A stretch of 64,000 nucleotides of DNA from a virus. The position numbers were made by a program, and so were the translations under genes. This document shows, in pieces, positions 8,643 to 18,384 of this stretch. The stretch's first letter is position 1. Every line of letters begins with the position of its first letter. Below the pieces are notes generated by a model. The model had not been told where the DNA came from. It worked only from the letters and a program-made list of their open reading frames with translations, and did not search any database. The DNA is taken from the UHGV virus genome UHGV-2031204; one strand, 5' to 3'.

Positions 8643-11597
8643 TTAATCGGCGGTAGTATCGTGACGGTTATAGACAATAACGATATCGTCTTTAAGTCCG
8701 ATGTCACCGCTGGCCTCAATGTCCAGCTTTTTACCTATAGTTGCTCTTGATGCTTCCGAAACAACGGTAAAGAGACGCATGTCTTTATCTGGTCCCATAG
8801 CATCGAGTTCAACACCGATAATAGACGCATCGAGGGTTTCACTCAACGCATTACCGATTTCTGTTGCAGAGATTGTTAGATGACTACCCAAGTAATCATT
8901 GATAACCTGAGACGTTTTCTTACGAATCTGCGTTAAGAGCTCGGTGTTATTACGGTTAGCAGCTGTTAGGTAATAACGCACGGTGAACTGGTTTTCCGCA
9001 GGGACAGGCGTCACTACCCCGTCCTCGGTACGGGCGTCGATATACCCCATTGTTGTAATCGGCACAAAGTAACCTTCGGTACGTTCTAACAACATAGGCT
9101 TCAAAGTTGGCAATATTACCGTAACGTAGTTAACGATGTTTTCGATAACTTCATTCAGATACGATTTTGCAGAAGGTGTCGTCGCGAATTTATATCGCGC
9201 ATCGAATACCGCCATCTCACTACGGAATTTGATAGAACGCGATTTCGCAATCTTCGGATTGCCGAATTCGTCTTTAACTAAGTCTCCTTCACGATGTAGG
9301 ACGATCTGTTGTCCAGCCTCGTCGAGTTTTGGATCACCTTTACGATGCTCGTACGTAATCTGAAGTGGTGGCGTGCGACCTGCGTCGTAGGTGTAGATTG
9401 GTACACCGTTCTCATCGCGTTTAACCACATCGATTTCCCACGTTGCCATCACGTCTTTTTCGTAATACTGGTAGTTAATGCTGTCAGTAACAGCACGCGC
9501 TTTACGCCAGTAGTACGTCATTGCTTTACCCAATTCGATTTTGAAAATCTCGTGAGTAATACCAATCGCATCGCGTGACGGGGCAGTGATTAACGCATCC
9601 ATTTCCGCACGTTCGTAATTACCAGGATAATAACCGGTGCAGCCGTAGAACAGGTTGAAGTCCGTCATCAACGGTACAGGCGTTTCCGTGGGTGTGCTAC
9701 TACTAATGCGTGTATTCGTTAGCATTAATTCGTCGTTACGGTCAACGTCTAGGTTGGTTTCCAGCAGGAATTCCCATACGCGCTCACTACCCTGTTTACC
9801 GACTAACGTACCGTTGATATACGCTAAAGTGTTGTCTGCGTTACGTGGACGGAACGATAGCTGTGCAAAAACTTGATCGTCAGTCAGTGCTTGATAAGGT
9901 GCCTCTGACTTCGTTACGGTACGCAATACATAACCGGCCTCGGTCTTTTCGATAGTGTAGTCGGCTGTTACCACACTGAGTTCCGTGCTTACGTTAGTGG
10001 CAATAAAGCGTTTGGAGTTTAACGTCGGTTTATCTAATTGATAAATACGAACGTCAATGGCTTTATTGTTGATATCCACAACGTAATGGAATGGTGTAAA
10101 GAGATAACGATTAGCGTTGGCCGCGTTAATCAAATCTTCTTTACGCATGGTTTTTGCCAAGACCGTCATCTCCGCATCAACCGTCAGGCTGGTGTCGGTG
10201 AACCGATAAAGTGTGTCAGGAAGAATCGTCAGGCGATTACCGTTAACCTTTACCGTCGGTAGATTAACCAATTCATTCCAGGAGAAATAGAACGGTGCCG
10301 TGATCGTCCCGATGGGAGAACTGACATTGGGAATTGTCGATTCGAGCATCGGTGCCGTTAAGAAGTATGTACGGCTAGTAACATAGTCGTTTGGCTTCGA
10401 CAACGTTAGACCGTAATCAGAAACCGTTGCTTCTAATTGTTTCTCCGTTACAGGGAGTTTTCGTGCACCTACAGCGTTATTGACTACACGTGTACGCAAA
10501 TCTTCGAACGTGAGCTGGCTACGACCACCTGACAACATTTTACCTGCTTTTGCAGCCATCTGTTTGATGGAAAAACTCTTAATCGGGTTAACGTAGTTTT
10601 CGTCGTATTCACCGTTTAAATCACGCAATGTAAACGTGTATTCGTCAGACGGATAAGCCGAGATATCGACACTTAAAGGTCCTAAGGTCGTGTAGATATC
10701 CATACGAATTTCACCACTGACCAAATTCTTCGCCATGTAGATCGAGGGGATAGTACACCGTATAACACCGTCACCGACCTGGATTAACGCGGTTGGGGTG
10801 TTGGGGTCGTAAACGTCACGACTGTGCGTATGCTGAATTTCAACCCACTTGTTATCGTTGGTTGATTTCATCCACACCCTTACGTAGAAAAATTTGTTAG
10901 TGTAATGGCGGGTCATGACAAAGGTATTTTTCCCTGCAACGGTGTCACTTTCGTTCTTCACCGCATACTGCATGACCGGGATATGGATTGCCAGTAGTTG
11001 CGAGGCCGTGGTGTTAGACGACGTCAACTCCCAATCCAGCGCATTCGTCGACACAGGAGAAATCGGTGACTGTGTTTCGGTAATCCAAAGAACTTGAAAC
11101 GCTGGGTTTTCATTGGTACCGTAAGGAAGTACCCTGATTTCAATCGGGTACTGGATGGCAAAGGTGTAACCTGACACCGTGAAAACTGTGTCACGTGGGA
11201 TAACAACCTTACGCACACCCGCAATCTGTAAAGGGTACGCCTTGGAGATTAAACTATCAACATCGATTAATAACAACAACTCGGTGGTTGAAGGTTGGGC
11301 GAACACATCAACGTAGTCCACATCGGACATATGTCGGAACAGGTCATCGTACGTTTGCGCCATCGATGGAAATGTCTTTGGCACTGATTCTTGCAACCCC
11401 ATAAGCGTTGCATGGCCCAACATTGTCCCCATTTCCGCCAAATAAACAACAGGGTCTGTTGGGTCACGTAACACTATTTGGCCTTCGGCGTCTTCTACAT
11501 CCAGAAGCTGATTCAAGAGCAGTGTTTGCATCGCTGCCGGATGGTGGGCAAACAACAATATGTTCTTTGCCAAAGTATCGTAAGTCGTAGAACTCAT
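8643..11597 (-). CDS. hypothetical large protein (984 aa), possibly structural
   Basis: Long uninterrupted ORF on the minus strand, start overlapping the stop of the upstream minus-strand gene at 11597. Confidence 0.8.
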   Translation of the reverse strand: MSSTTYDTLAKNILLFAHHPAAMQTLLLNQLLDVEDAEGQIVLRDPTDPVVYLAEMGTMLGHATLMGLQESVPKTFPSMAQTYDDLFRHMSDVDYVDVFAQPSTTELLLLIDVDSLISKAYPLQIAGVRKVVIPRDTVFTVSGYTFAIQYPIEIRVLPYGTNENPAFQVLWITETQSPISPVSTNALDWELTSSNTTASQLLAIHIPVMQYAVKNESDTVAGKNTFVMTRHYTNKFFYVRVWMKSTNDNKWVEIQHTHSRDVYDPNTPTALIQVGDGVIRCTIPSIYMAKNLVSGEIRMDIYTTLGPLSVDISAYPSDEYTFTLRDLNGEYDENYVNPIKSFSIKQMAAKAGKMLSGGRSQLTFEDLRTRVVNNAVGARKLPVTEKQLEATVSDYGLTLSKPNDYVTSRTYFLTAPMLESTIPNVSSPIGTITAPFYFSWNELVNLPTVKVNGNRLTILPDTLYRFTDTSLTVDAEMTVLAKTMRKEDLINAANANRYLFTPFHYVVDINNKAIDVRIYQLDKPTLNSKRFIATNVSTELSVVTADYTIEKTEAGYVLRTVTKSEAPYQALTDDQVFAQLSFRPRNADNTLAYINGTLVGKQGSERVWEFLLETNLDVDRNDELMLTNTRISSSTPTETPVPLMTDFNLFYGCTGYYPGNYERAEMDALITAPSRDAIGITHEIFKIELGKAMTYYWRKARAVTDSINYQYYEKDVMATWEIDVVKRDENGVPIYTYDAGRTPPLQITYEHRKGDPKLDEAGQQIVLHREGDLVKDEFGNPKIAKSRSIKFRSEMAVFDARYKFATTPSAKSYLNEVIENIVNYVTVILPTLKPMLLERTEGYFVPITTMGYIDARTEDGVVTPVPAENQFTVRYYLTAANRNNTELLTQIRKKTSQVINDYLGSHLTISATEIGNALSETLDASIIGVELDAMGPDKDMRLFTVVSEASRATIGKKLDIEASGDIGLKDDIVIVYNRHDTTAD

Positions 11598-12895
11598 CAG
11601 TTATTACCTGTCGGTAGTGAAGCGGCATTAGCGTTATCCAGTAATCCCGCTTTCTTGAGAATATGTTGGTAGTCTGCCTGGTAAACATACCAGGTAAGTT
11701 TGCGTCGTACGGAATCGATGTGTGGATAACCGTAATAGTTAAACAACGGTAGCAATTGTGGCGCGATGGGTACTAATTGGTCACTAGCAATCGGGATGAA
11801 GTTGCCCGATTGAATAGAGCCTGGTTGCGGGAGCATATCGGGATTAAAAATGGAAACGGTGCGGTTAAACATTTCCATGTATAATGGATCGTTAAACCGC
11901 GCACCGATAGCTTGCCAGTTAATAGTAATCGTAACATCGTCGTTTAACTGCGGTTTGGAGTTATCAACGTTCGCCATTTGTCCCGCGTTATCGTTCATCG
12001 GCCATGCGACACAAATCGTCCAGAAACGGGTGATGTTCCCTAAGGCATCGTAACGCATCCCGTAGATTCGCGATTGATAATCGATTCTGCGTTGAATGGA
12101 GTTACGCATTTTCGGACGGAACTTACCCATCTTCACACCAGACATATACTCCAGCCACACCCCCATCATTTTCATTAATGGGTCGCCATAGGGGTTGTTT
12201 AATGACATGCTGATGGAAAAGCTGTTGTTAACTTCATGGGTAGAGTCAACCATCCCCCACTGTTCACGCATTAAACCTTCACTTGCCATCCAGTTATCAA
12301 TAGATTGATCGGGTGCACCACTAAGGCTAATCAGCTGCGTACTGAGTATTGGTATGAACGCTTGTAGATTATCGAATTTTACTTGAGGCATAAACGGCGT
12401 ACCTAAGCGATTCTTCCGCCTACCGTTTTCCATAGGTGCGTCTGTAAACCCGAGTTCAAAATCAGGGTCAAGCGCAGCTAAAATCGAATAATCTATAGAG
12501 TCCTTTGGCTGCATTGCCATGTTCGACATTTTACGAGACTTAGCAATGTTGTCGTAACACAGGTTAAAATCGGGCCGGGTAATAAAAGTTAGTCCACCGT
12601 ATTCTCGGTTGATTGGCGTGGGGTTAGACGCCATCATATGGTTGAACCCCATGTAGGGGTTGGTCAAACGCTGCGCAGCAAGACCCAAACCTACAGTAAG
12701 ACGGATACGATCGTTCCATGCCGTAAGTTCAGTATTAGCGTCGTAAGGTGTCGGGGGGTTAGCATTACTAATCCGTCCGTCGAAATACCCTGCGACCGAA
12801 GGCACTGCGTCCGCATTATTCGGATTGTGGAGAGAATCGTCGTAATCAGTATTCGGGTCATACCCCGGATCGTTCTTATCTGTCTCGTCACTCAT
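11597..12895 (-). CDS. hypothetical protein (432 aa)
   Basis: Long minus-strand ORF; first gene of a two-gene minus-strand unit. Confidence 0.8.
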   Translation of the reverse strand: MSDETDKNDPGYDPNTDYDDSLHNPNNADAVPSVAGYFDGRISNANPPTPYDANTELTAWNDRIRLTVGLGLAAQRLTNPYMGFNHMMASNPTPINREYGGLTFITRPDFNLCYDNIAKSRKMSNMAMQPKDSIDYSILAALDPDFELGFTDAPMENGRRKNRLGTPFMPQVKFDNLQAFIPILSTQLISLSGAPDQSIDNWMASEGLMREQWGMVDSTHEVNNSFSISMSLNNPYGDPLMKMMGVWLEYMSGVKMGKFRPKMRNSIQRRIDYQSRIYGMRYDALGNITRFWTICVAWPMNDNAGQMANVDNSKPQLNDDVTITINWQAIGARFNDPLYMEMFNRTVSIFNPDMLPQPGSIQSGNFIPIASDQLVPIAPQLLPLFNYYGYPHIDSVRRKLTWYVYQADYQHILKKAGLLDNANAASLPTGNN

Positions 12896-12921
12896 CTTTA
12901 ACTCCGGAGTTCATTAGGAAA

Positions 12922-14028
12922 ATGTTAGAAAAAACGTTTGAGACAAGCGTTGTCTCTTTCCTCTCCAGACTTCCCATGCTGTTTCGTTCGCGTGCGGAGT
13001 CGATGGAGGAATTTAACTCAGTGCTCTATAACGAGCACATTACCTTAGTCGAACAAAGCCTGCTGGGTTTAGATTACCTTCCGGGAATTCTGGAGAAAAT
13101 CCAAATTTTGCTGGCAGGAAACCAATTAACGGCTATCTCACTGTTAACCGGTGTACCGGATGTTGACATTATCGGTACCCTGGATCAGGTCAGCACACGT
13201 CGTAGTGCGCTTGATAACGCAGTCCGCACCGGTTCCCGCTTAGCAGCGCTTGCAGTCGGCGAATCTGCCCGTTATGGTTTACCATCATACGATAAAATCG
13301 GCATTGCAGTCGGCGAATCTGCCCGACGGGTCGCCCAGGAATCAAAAGGTTCGGTCAGTGGCGGGAAAGGTGATCCGATTAAACAGCTTTTCGATCAAGA
13401 AGGGTTGTCCAACGGGAAAATGTTCTCAGTAACATTCGAACGTGACGGTAATAAAGTCGAACTCCCAATGCGTTTACGTTTGGATGTGAAATCCTTACCG
13501 ACCGAACAAATTGAAACACTGATTGCGTTCAGTGACCAGACGAAAACATTCTGGGAACGTTGGCTGCGTGCACGCGTTGGCGCGTTGAGTTACGTAAAAG
13601 ACATTGCGTTCTGTAACGACCTGGTAGAAGAATATCGTAAGAACCGTTATCGCGATAAGTCCGGTTATTACCGTAAGATGATGGAGAAGAAGAACGGTAA
13701 CTGGTTGTCTGGCCTGCTGTCTTTGGCACCGTCTATCAATAACGCCTCTTCCGTTATGGTGGTTTCTCAAGACACCATTGACGGCTTGACCGCACAACTA
13801 GGTGGTGAATTTGACGATTTCAATATCCGTCAGCGTGTGTTCAAAGACACCTTGACTGTCTACTATGTTGTTGTGGACACCACCTGGAATCGTGTCACTA
13901 TTTATACCCGTGGTCAGAACGGCTCTCAGGAACTCGATAAATCTGACTTTAGTAAATCGAAGTCTGGTAGCGCCGATGTAAATAAAATCATCGAAGCGTA
14001 TCGCTCTGGCGCTCAGCCAGTTCTTTAA
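12922..14028 (+). CDS. hypothetical protein
   Basis: 368-aa ORF with aggaaa RBS; contains an internal direct repeat encoding AVGESAR twice. Confidence 0.8.
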   Translation: MLEKTFETSVVSFLSRLPMLFRSRAESMEEFNSVLYNEHITLVEQSLLGLDYLPGILEKIQILLAGNQLTAISLLTGVPDVDIIGTLDQVSTRRSALDNAVRTGSRLAALAVGESARYGLPSYDKIGIAVGESARRVAQESKGSVSGGKGDPIKQLFDQEGLSNGKMFSVTFERDGNKVELPMRLRLDVKSLPTEQIETLIAFSDQTKTFWERWLRARVGALSYVKDIAFCNDLVEEYRKNRYRDKSGYYRKMMEKKNGNWLSGLLSLAPSINNASSVMVVSQDTIDGLTAQLGGEFDDFNIRQRVFKDTLTVYYVVVDTTWNRVTIYTRGQNGSQELDKSDFSKSKSGSADVNKIIEAYRSGAQPVL

Positions 14029-14038
14029 GGGGTAAGGC

Positions 14039-14974
14039 ATGGCAATCCCGAATATGCTCGCTATGTTGTTGCCGAGCTTTGAAGCAACAAACTTGAAAAA
14101 CCAACTCTCATCAAACTGCGATGCGATTGGTGAACAACTTTTACCGCGTTTCCAGTCTCTGCAAGAGCTGGTAGCGTCGAAAGAAGGCAAGCCGTTTAAA
14201 TCGAAAACGGTGCAGGACATGTCGGATGATTTGGTTAAATACCTGCGGAATTCCGGTCTGGAAGCCAAAGGTCTCCGTAATCCTTCGATGCTGGAATACA
14301 TCGTTGCCTCGATGGAAAACACGCTACAATTGCGTTCTTTCTTAGACCAATGTATTACGCGTGACATTGGTAAAGCGTTAGTCACGTCTTCAATGACGTT
14401 TAATAAATTAACGGTGCTCAGACTGCTTGACCTGATTGACTTCTTTACAGGTTACAGTGCCACCTTACTTAACTACGTAACCGCAGAAGAAATAGCCGCC
14501 GTAGAAGGCTCGAATATTGAAGTAAAAGGCGTCGGTCCGAATGACCTTCAATACCTCAATACTCGTTCTATTTCTTACTGCATTGCTGTCCGTGTGCTGG
14601 CAACGCCGCTGAATAAACTGAAAGCGGATTATGCGGAAATTCCTGAAGCGATCTTTAACGACGAAACTTACGGTGAGTTGGCGCAACAGTTCGGTTCGAG
14701 CTCCGTTGACCCACTGGGAATGAGCAGTGTACCGTTCCCAATCTCACTGATATTGCGCGTACGTTTGAATATCGCTGAACGGCAGATGGATAAGTACGAC
14801 GAGTGTGTAGAAGCGGCGAAAGCGGCGGAACTGCGTATCTTACTTTACAAAAAGCAAGTCGCAGAAGGTAAGGGTGATGCCCACATTGAGAAACTGATTG
14901 AAATCAGTGAAAAGCATCTGATGGAACTCAAGCACAAGCGTGAGCGTCTTGAAAAGAAATACGGTTTAGCGTAA
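14039..14974 (+). CDS. hypothetical protein
   Basis: 311-aa ORF with aagggg RBS; charged helical C-terminal region. Confidence 0.8.
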   Translation: MAIPNMLAMLLPSFEATNLKNQLSSNCDAIGEQLLPRFQSLQELVASKEGKPFKSKTVQDMSDDLVKYLRNSGLEAKGLRNPSMLEYIVASMENTLQLRSFLDQCITRDIGKALVTSSMTFNKLTVLRLLDLIDFFTGYSATLLNYVTAEEIAAVEGSNIEVKGVGPNDLQYLNTRSISYCIAVRVLATPLNKLKADYAEIPEAIFNDETYGELAQQFGSSSVDPLGMSSVPFPISLILRVRLNIAERQMDKYDECVEAAKAAELRILLYKKQVAEGKGDAHIEKLIEISEKHLMELKHKRERLEKKYGLA

Positions 14975-14991
14975 ACCGTTAGGAGAGGCGA

Positions 14992-15552
14992 ATGTTTGAG
15001 CACGATAGTCCTGAATTTAATGTTGCTGTAGAGCGCATTAAATCCTACATGTCGATTTTATCGAAAAACCCAATCGACACACACGATGACGAGGTTATTC
15101 ACAAAACACTGGAAGCCGCCGCCGTTATTTTACCGTACTTTCGTCTGATGGCTGCGGATTCTTTGCAGCAAGTATTATATGACGAATATCCGCAGGTCGG
15201 ATTTACCTTTAATACGTTTTATAACGAAAGTGTAGATTTCTTGCTGGATGGTAAGCGACGTAATGTGACGTTAGGGCAGTGGTCGACTTTGCTGTCGTCG
15301 TATATGAACGATGTTCGTAACACGAAGAATGTTGAACAGACGGGTGCATTAGGCTCGCGTCTATTAGCTGCTGCGTTTGGTCGCCGAGGTACTGTACGTA
15401 ATATGGGCTCTGCTCACCAATCCGTTGAGTGTAGCAAACGTCTTTTATCTTATGCAGACCATGAACTGCTGGCACGCTGGATGACGCGCCCGAACGGGTT
15501 GTCCGACATGATCTCGTCGTTAGCAGTGTTTTTGAAAATCGCACGTCCCTAA
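14992..15552 (+). CDS. hypothetical protein
   Basis: 186-aa ORF with aggagagg RBS. Confidence 0.8.
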   Translation: MFEHDSPEFNVAVERIKSYMSILSKNPIDTHDDEVIHKTLEAAAVILPYFRLMAADSLQQVLYDEYPQVGFTFNTFYNESVDFLLDGKRRNVTLGQWSTLLSSYMNDVRNTKNVEQTGALGSRLLAAAFGRRGTVRNMGSAHQSVECSKRLLSYADHELLARWMTRPNGLSDMISSLAVFLKIARP

Positions 15553-15611
15553 GGGGGCCCCTCATTCTAGGGGCGTGTAATTGGGTTATATAACCAAAGG
15601 AAATAAACGAA

Positions 15612-16883
15612 ATGGCAAATTTCGCAAAAACTCGCGCCGCTCGTGAATCGATGGAAGCGGCCGATGAAGTAATCGACGGTATCAGCAACGTTGAACCGGC
15701 AGAAGAGAACCTGGACGTCCAACTTGCGGACGTAGCATCTATCGACGGTCAGCTCGATCAGCTGGAAACCGACGGTGAAACCCTGGCTGCCGATACCGAG
15801 CGTACTGAAGACGCTATCGAACAGGCGGAAGAAGCCGTTGCTAACGGTGAAGAAATGCCGGAAGAAGCGGTTGCCCTGCACGAAGTGGCACAGGAATCCA
15901 TCGCACGTCGTTGGTGCCTGGAACGTACTAAACTGGCACGCGAATCCTATCGCCGTGGTCGTGGTATGACTGCTGCTGCCCAGGAAGGTTGGAAAGAAAC
16001 CCTGAAAGATCTTTACGATCGTTTCATTCAGTTCTGTAAAGAAGTGATTGCGAAGATCAAAGACCTGAAACTGAAATATTTCAACGTCGGTAAGACCGCA
16101 CAGAAACGTGCGAAGAAATATCAGGAAATGCTGCGTAAGCTGGGCAAACAGAAGAAAGATGAGATCTCTGGTGGCTTTATCACCAAGCTGTCTATCGAAG
16201 GTAAATTCGATGCCGCTGGCTCTATCGCTATTGCGAAAGAAGTTACCGCAGGTAAAGCTAAAGGTTCCATCGCTGTTCTGGAAAAACAAGCTGGTGAAGC
16301 TGTGACTGCCGTTACCAAAGGTGACGATGACGCATTCAAAGCAATGCGTGGCGATCAGCCGGTAGAACTGTTTGGTAAAGCTGCTTCTAAACTGCACACT
16401 CTGCCGAACTTTGAAAAAGGTGATGCGTCTAAACTCCTGGCTCTGCCGGGCAACGCTTACGTTCAGGCTGGTACTAAAGAACTGGCTGGCGGCCACAAGT
16501 TCACCGCAATTGCTTTCATGAGCACCGGTGACGCTTCTGACGATAAAGACGTGAAAACTCCGTCTGTTTCTGAAATGGCTGGTGCTGCTTCTGCTCTGGA
16601 AGCGATCGGTAAAGGTTTCGAAGCCGTACTGAAAGATTTCCGTGCTTACGATTCTGAAATCGTGAAGCTGCAACAGGCTGCTGAGAATGCTGCTAAGGCG
16701 CTGAACAACGAAAAAGACGATAGCAAGTGGGATGGCCTGCGTAACGCACGTCAAGCTGCCGATTGGTCTGTTAAGAACTACCAGACCCTGAACCGCGCAG
16801 TTAGCTATGTTGCTAACACCGTTATTAGCGGTCTGAATGGCTACCTGGGTGCTGGTATCGGTGCTTACGAAAAATCTAAATAA
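15612..16883 (+). CDS. abundant protein, paralog A of a tandem pair (probable virion component)
   Basis: 423 aa; strongly host-optimised codons (CGT, CTG, GGT, AAA, GAA); acidic N-terminal region; shares MANF..ARESME start, KLGKQKKDEISGGFI core and GYLGAGIGAYEKSK C-terminus with the next gene. Confidence 0.9.
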   Translation: MANFAKTRAARESMEAADEVIDGISNVEPAEENLDVQLADVASIDGQLDQLETDGETLAADTERTEDAIEQAEEAVANGEEMPEEAVALHEVAQESIARRWCLERTKLARESYRRGRGMTAAAQEGWKETLKDLYDRFIQFCKEVIAKIKDLKLKYFNVGKTAQKRAKKYQEMLRKLGKQKKDEISGGFITKLSIEGKFDAAGSIAIAKEVTAGKAKGSIAVLEKQAGEAVTAVTKGDDDAFKAMRGDQPVELFGKAASKLHTLPNFEKGDASKLLALPGNAYVQAGTKELAGGHKFTAIAFMSTGDASDDKDVKTPSVSEMAGAASALEAIGKGFEAVLKDFRAYDSEIVKLQQAAENAAKALNNEKDDSKWDGLRNARQAADWSVKNYQTLNRAVSYVANTVISGLNGYLGAGIGAYEKSK

Positions 16884-16965
16884 TCATTTAGATTCGTAGT
16901 TCCGTACAGTTCTTGAAATAAATCATCAGGGGAACAATACGTTCCCCTTAGAGGAAAAGCTTAAA

Positions 16966-18231
16966 ATGGCGAATTTCTACAAAAACAAAATTGCTCGTGA
17001 GTCTATGGAGTCTACTTCTACTGTAGTTCCAGACGGCATCGAACTGCCAGCAGAATCCGTAGAAGGCACTCTGGCCGATATCGAGCATGACACCAAACCG
17101 ATCGAAGCTCTGGACGCTGACGCTGAACTGCTGGCAGAAGACGGCGACGAAACTGACGCTCAGCTGGATGTTCTGGATGAAGCTCAGGCTGCTGCTGACG
17201 GTGAAGGTGCAGGCGAAGACGGTGAAGAACCGATGGATGCCGAAGAAGATATGCCGGACGACGCTGCGACTGCGCTGGACGTTGCTCAGGAATCTATCCG
17301 TTCTCGTTGGAACTTCGAACACCGTTCTTCTGTTGCACACGAATCCTACGGTTCTCGTAACCGTCGTCAGGTTGCTCGTGAATCCCTGTGGGAAGACATC
17401 AAAGCCTTCCTGGGCCGTATTCTCGATTGGCTGAAAGAACAAGGCCGCAAACTGAAAGATCGCTGGCTGAAATTCCACAACCAGGGTAAATCTATTCAGG
17501 CACGTGCTAAGAAATACGATGAAGTTATTCGTAAGCTTGGCAAACAGAAGAAAGATGAGATCTCTGGTGGCTTTATCAAGTCTCTGTCTATCGACGGCAA
17601 GTTCGTCGGTGATAATATTCCGAAACTGAAAGGTATCCTTAACCAGGTCTCCTCGTTCTATAGCGCTAAGATGCCTGCCATGGCCGCTAAAGCTGCTGAA
17701 GTGGTTTCCGATGTTACCAAAGGTAATGGCGTTAAAGTTGAAAAACTGAAAGCCGACTTTACCGAACTGTCCAAACAAGACAGTCTCCAAAACTTCAAGC
17801 TCGGTAACATGGCGGTGAAAACCGAGTATGACAACGAAGGCGGCTTCAGCTCCACCTTTGTTGAAGCTGAAAACAGCGTTGAAACTAGCGTGAAAACTCC
17901 GTCTGTTGGCGAACTGGCCAAAATCAATGCTCTCTTCAACGAAGTGGGTAAACAGATTGAGAAGAACGTTCAGGATTATCGTAAAGTCGAAAGCGCGCGG
18001 AAAACCTTTGAAGATAATATCGATAAGCTCCTGAAAGAAGTCGATAAAGTTAAGATCGACGAAAAACCGGAACTGACCGAAGGTGTACGTGCTGCCCGTC
18101 GTTTCATCACCAGCGTTAACCAGGGTCTGTCTCTGGGTGAGAAGGTTATTGCTTCTACTCAGAAACACCTGGCCGGTGGTCTGAACGGTTACCTGAGTGC
18201 CGGTATCGGCGCTTACGAAAAATCTAAATAA
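16966..18231 (+). CDS. abundant protein, paralog B of a tandem pair (probable virion component)
   Basis: 421 aa; same codon bias and shared blocks as 15612-16883, including a long near-identical nucleotide stretch around 17531-17606. Confidence 0.9.
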   Translation: MANFYKNKIARESMESTSTVVPDGIELPAESVEGTLADIEHDTKPIEALDADAELLAEDGDETDAQLDVLDEAQAAADGEGAGEDGEEPMDAEEDMPDDAATALDVAQESIRSRWNFEHRSSVAHESYGSRNRRQVARESLWEDIKAFLGRILDWLKEQGRKLKDRWLKFHNQGKSIQARAKKYDEVIRKLGKQKKDEISGGFIKSLSIDGKFVGDNIPKLKGILNQVSSFYSAKMPAMAAKAAEVVSDVTKGNGVKVEKLKADFTELSKQDSLQNFKLGNMAVKTEYDNEGGFSSTFVEAENSVETSVKTPSVGELAKINALFNEVGKQIEKNVQDYRKVESARKTFEDNIDKLLKEVDKVKIDEKPELTEGVRAARRFITSVNQGLSLGEKVIASTQKHLAGGLNGYLSAGIGAYEKSK

Positions 18232-18249
18232 TCCCTGATTGTTTAGTAA

Positions 18250-18297
18250 GAGAACCACCCTGTAATGGGGTGGTTCTCTCTTTTCTTTTTTTTTCGA
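18250..18297 (+). terminator. intrinsic terminator
   Basis: agagaaccaccctgtaatggggtggttctct followed by a long T-run. Confidence 0.75.
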
Positions 18298-18310
18298 TTA
18301 AAATAATTTT

Positions 18311-18334
18311 CAGATATATATTACCTAGGTGAGA
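18311..18334 (+). promoter_or_regulatory. conserved promoter-like motif, copy 1 (cagatatatattacctaggtgaga)
   Basis: Identical 24-mer recurs at 26567 and, with 2 mismatches, at 54090; always just after a terminator and about 50 nt before a start codon; followed by an inverted repeat gagattac/gtaatctc. Confidence 0.55.
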
Positions 18335-18384
18335 TTACACAGTAATCTCTTTACGACTTGTTTATTACGTTTAGGAGAAATATC

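Noticed and set aside
15567-18258. Long minus-strand ORFs (15567-16754, 16948-18258) antisense to the paralogous pair
   Set aside because: They lie exactly opposite strongly codon-biased plus-strand genes, whose codon choice removes antisense stop codons; their translations are F/V/S/T-rich and low complexity, with no RBS.
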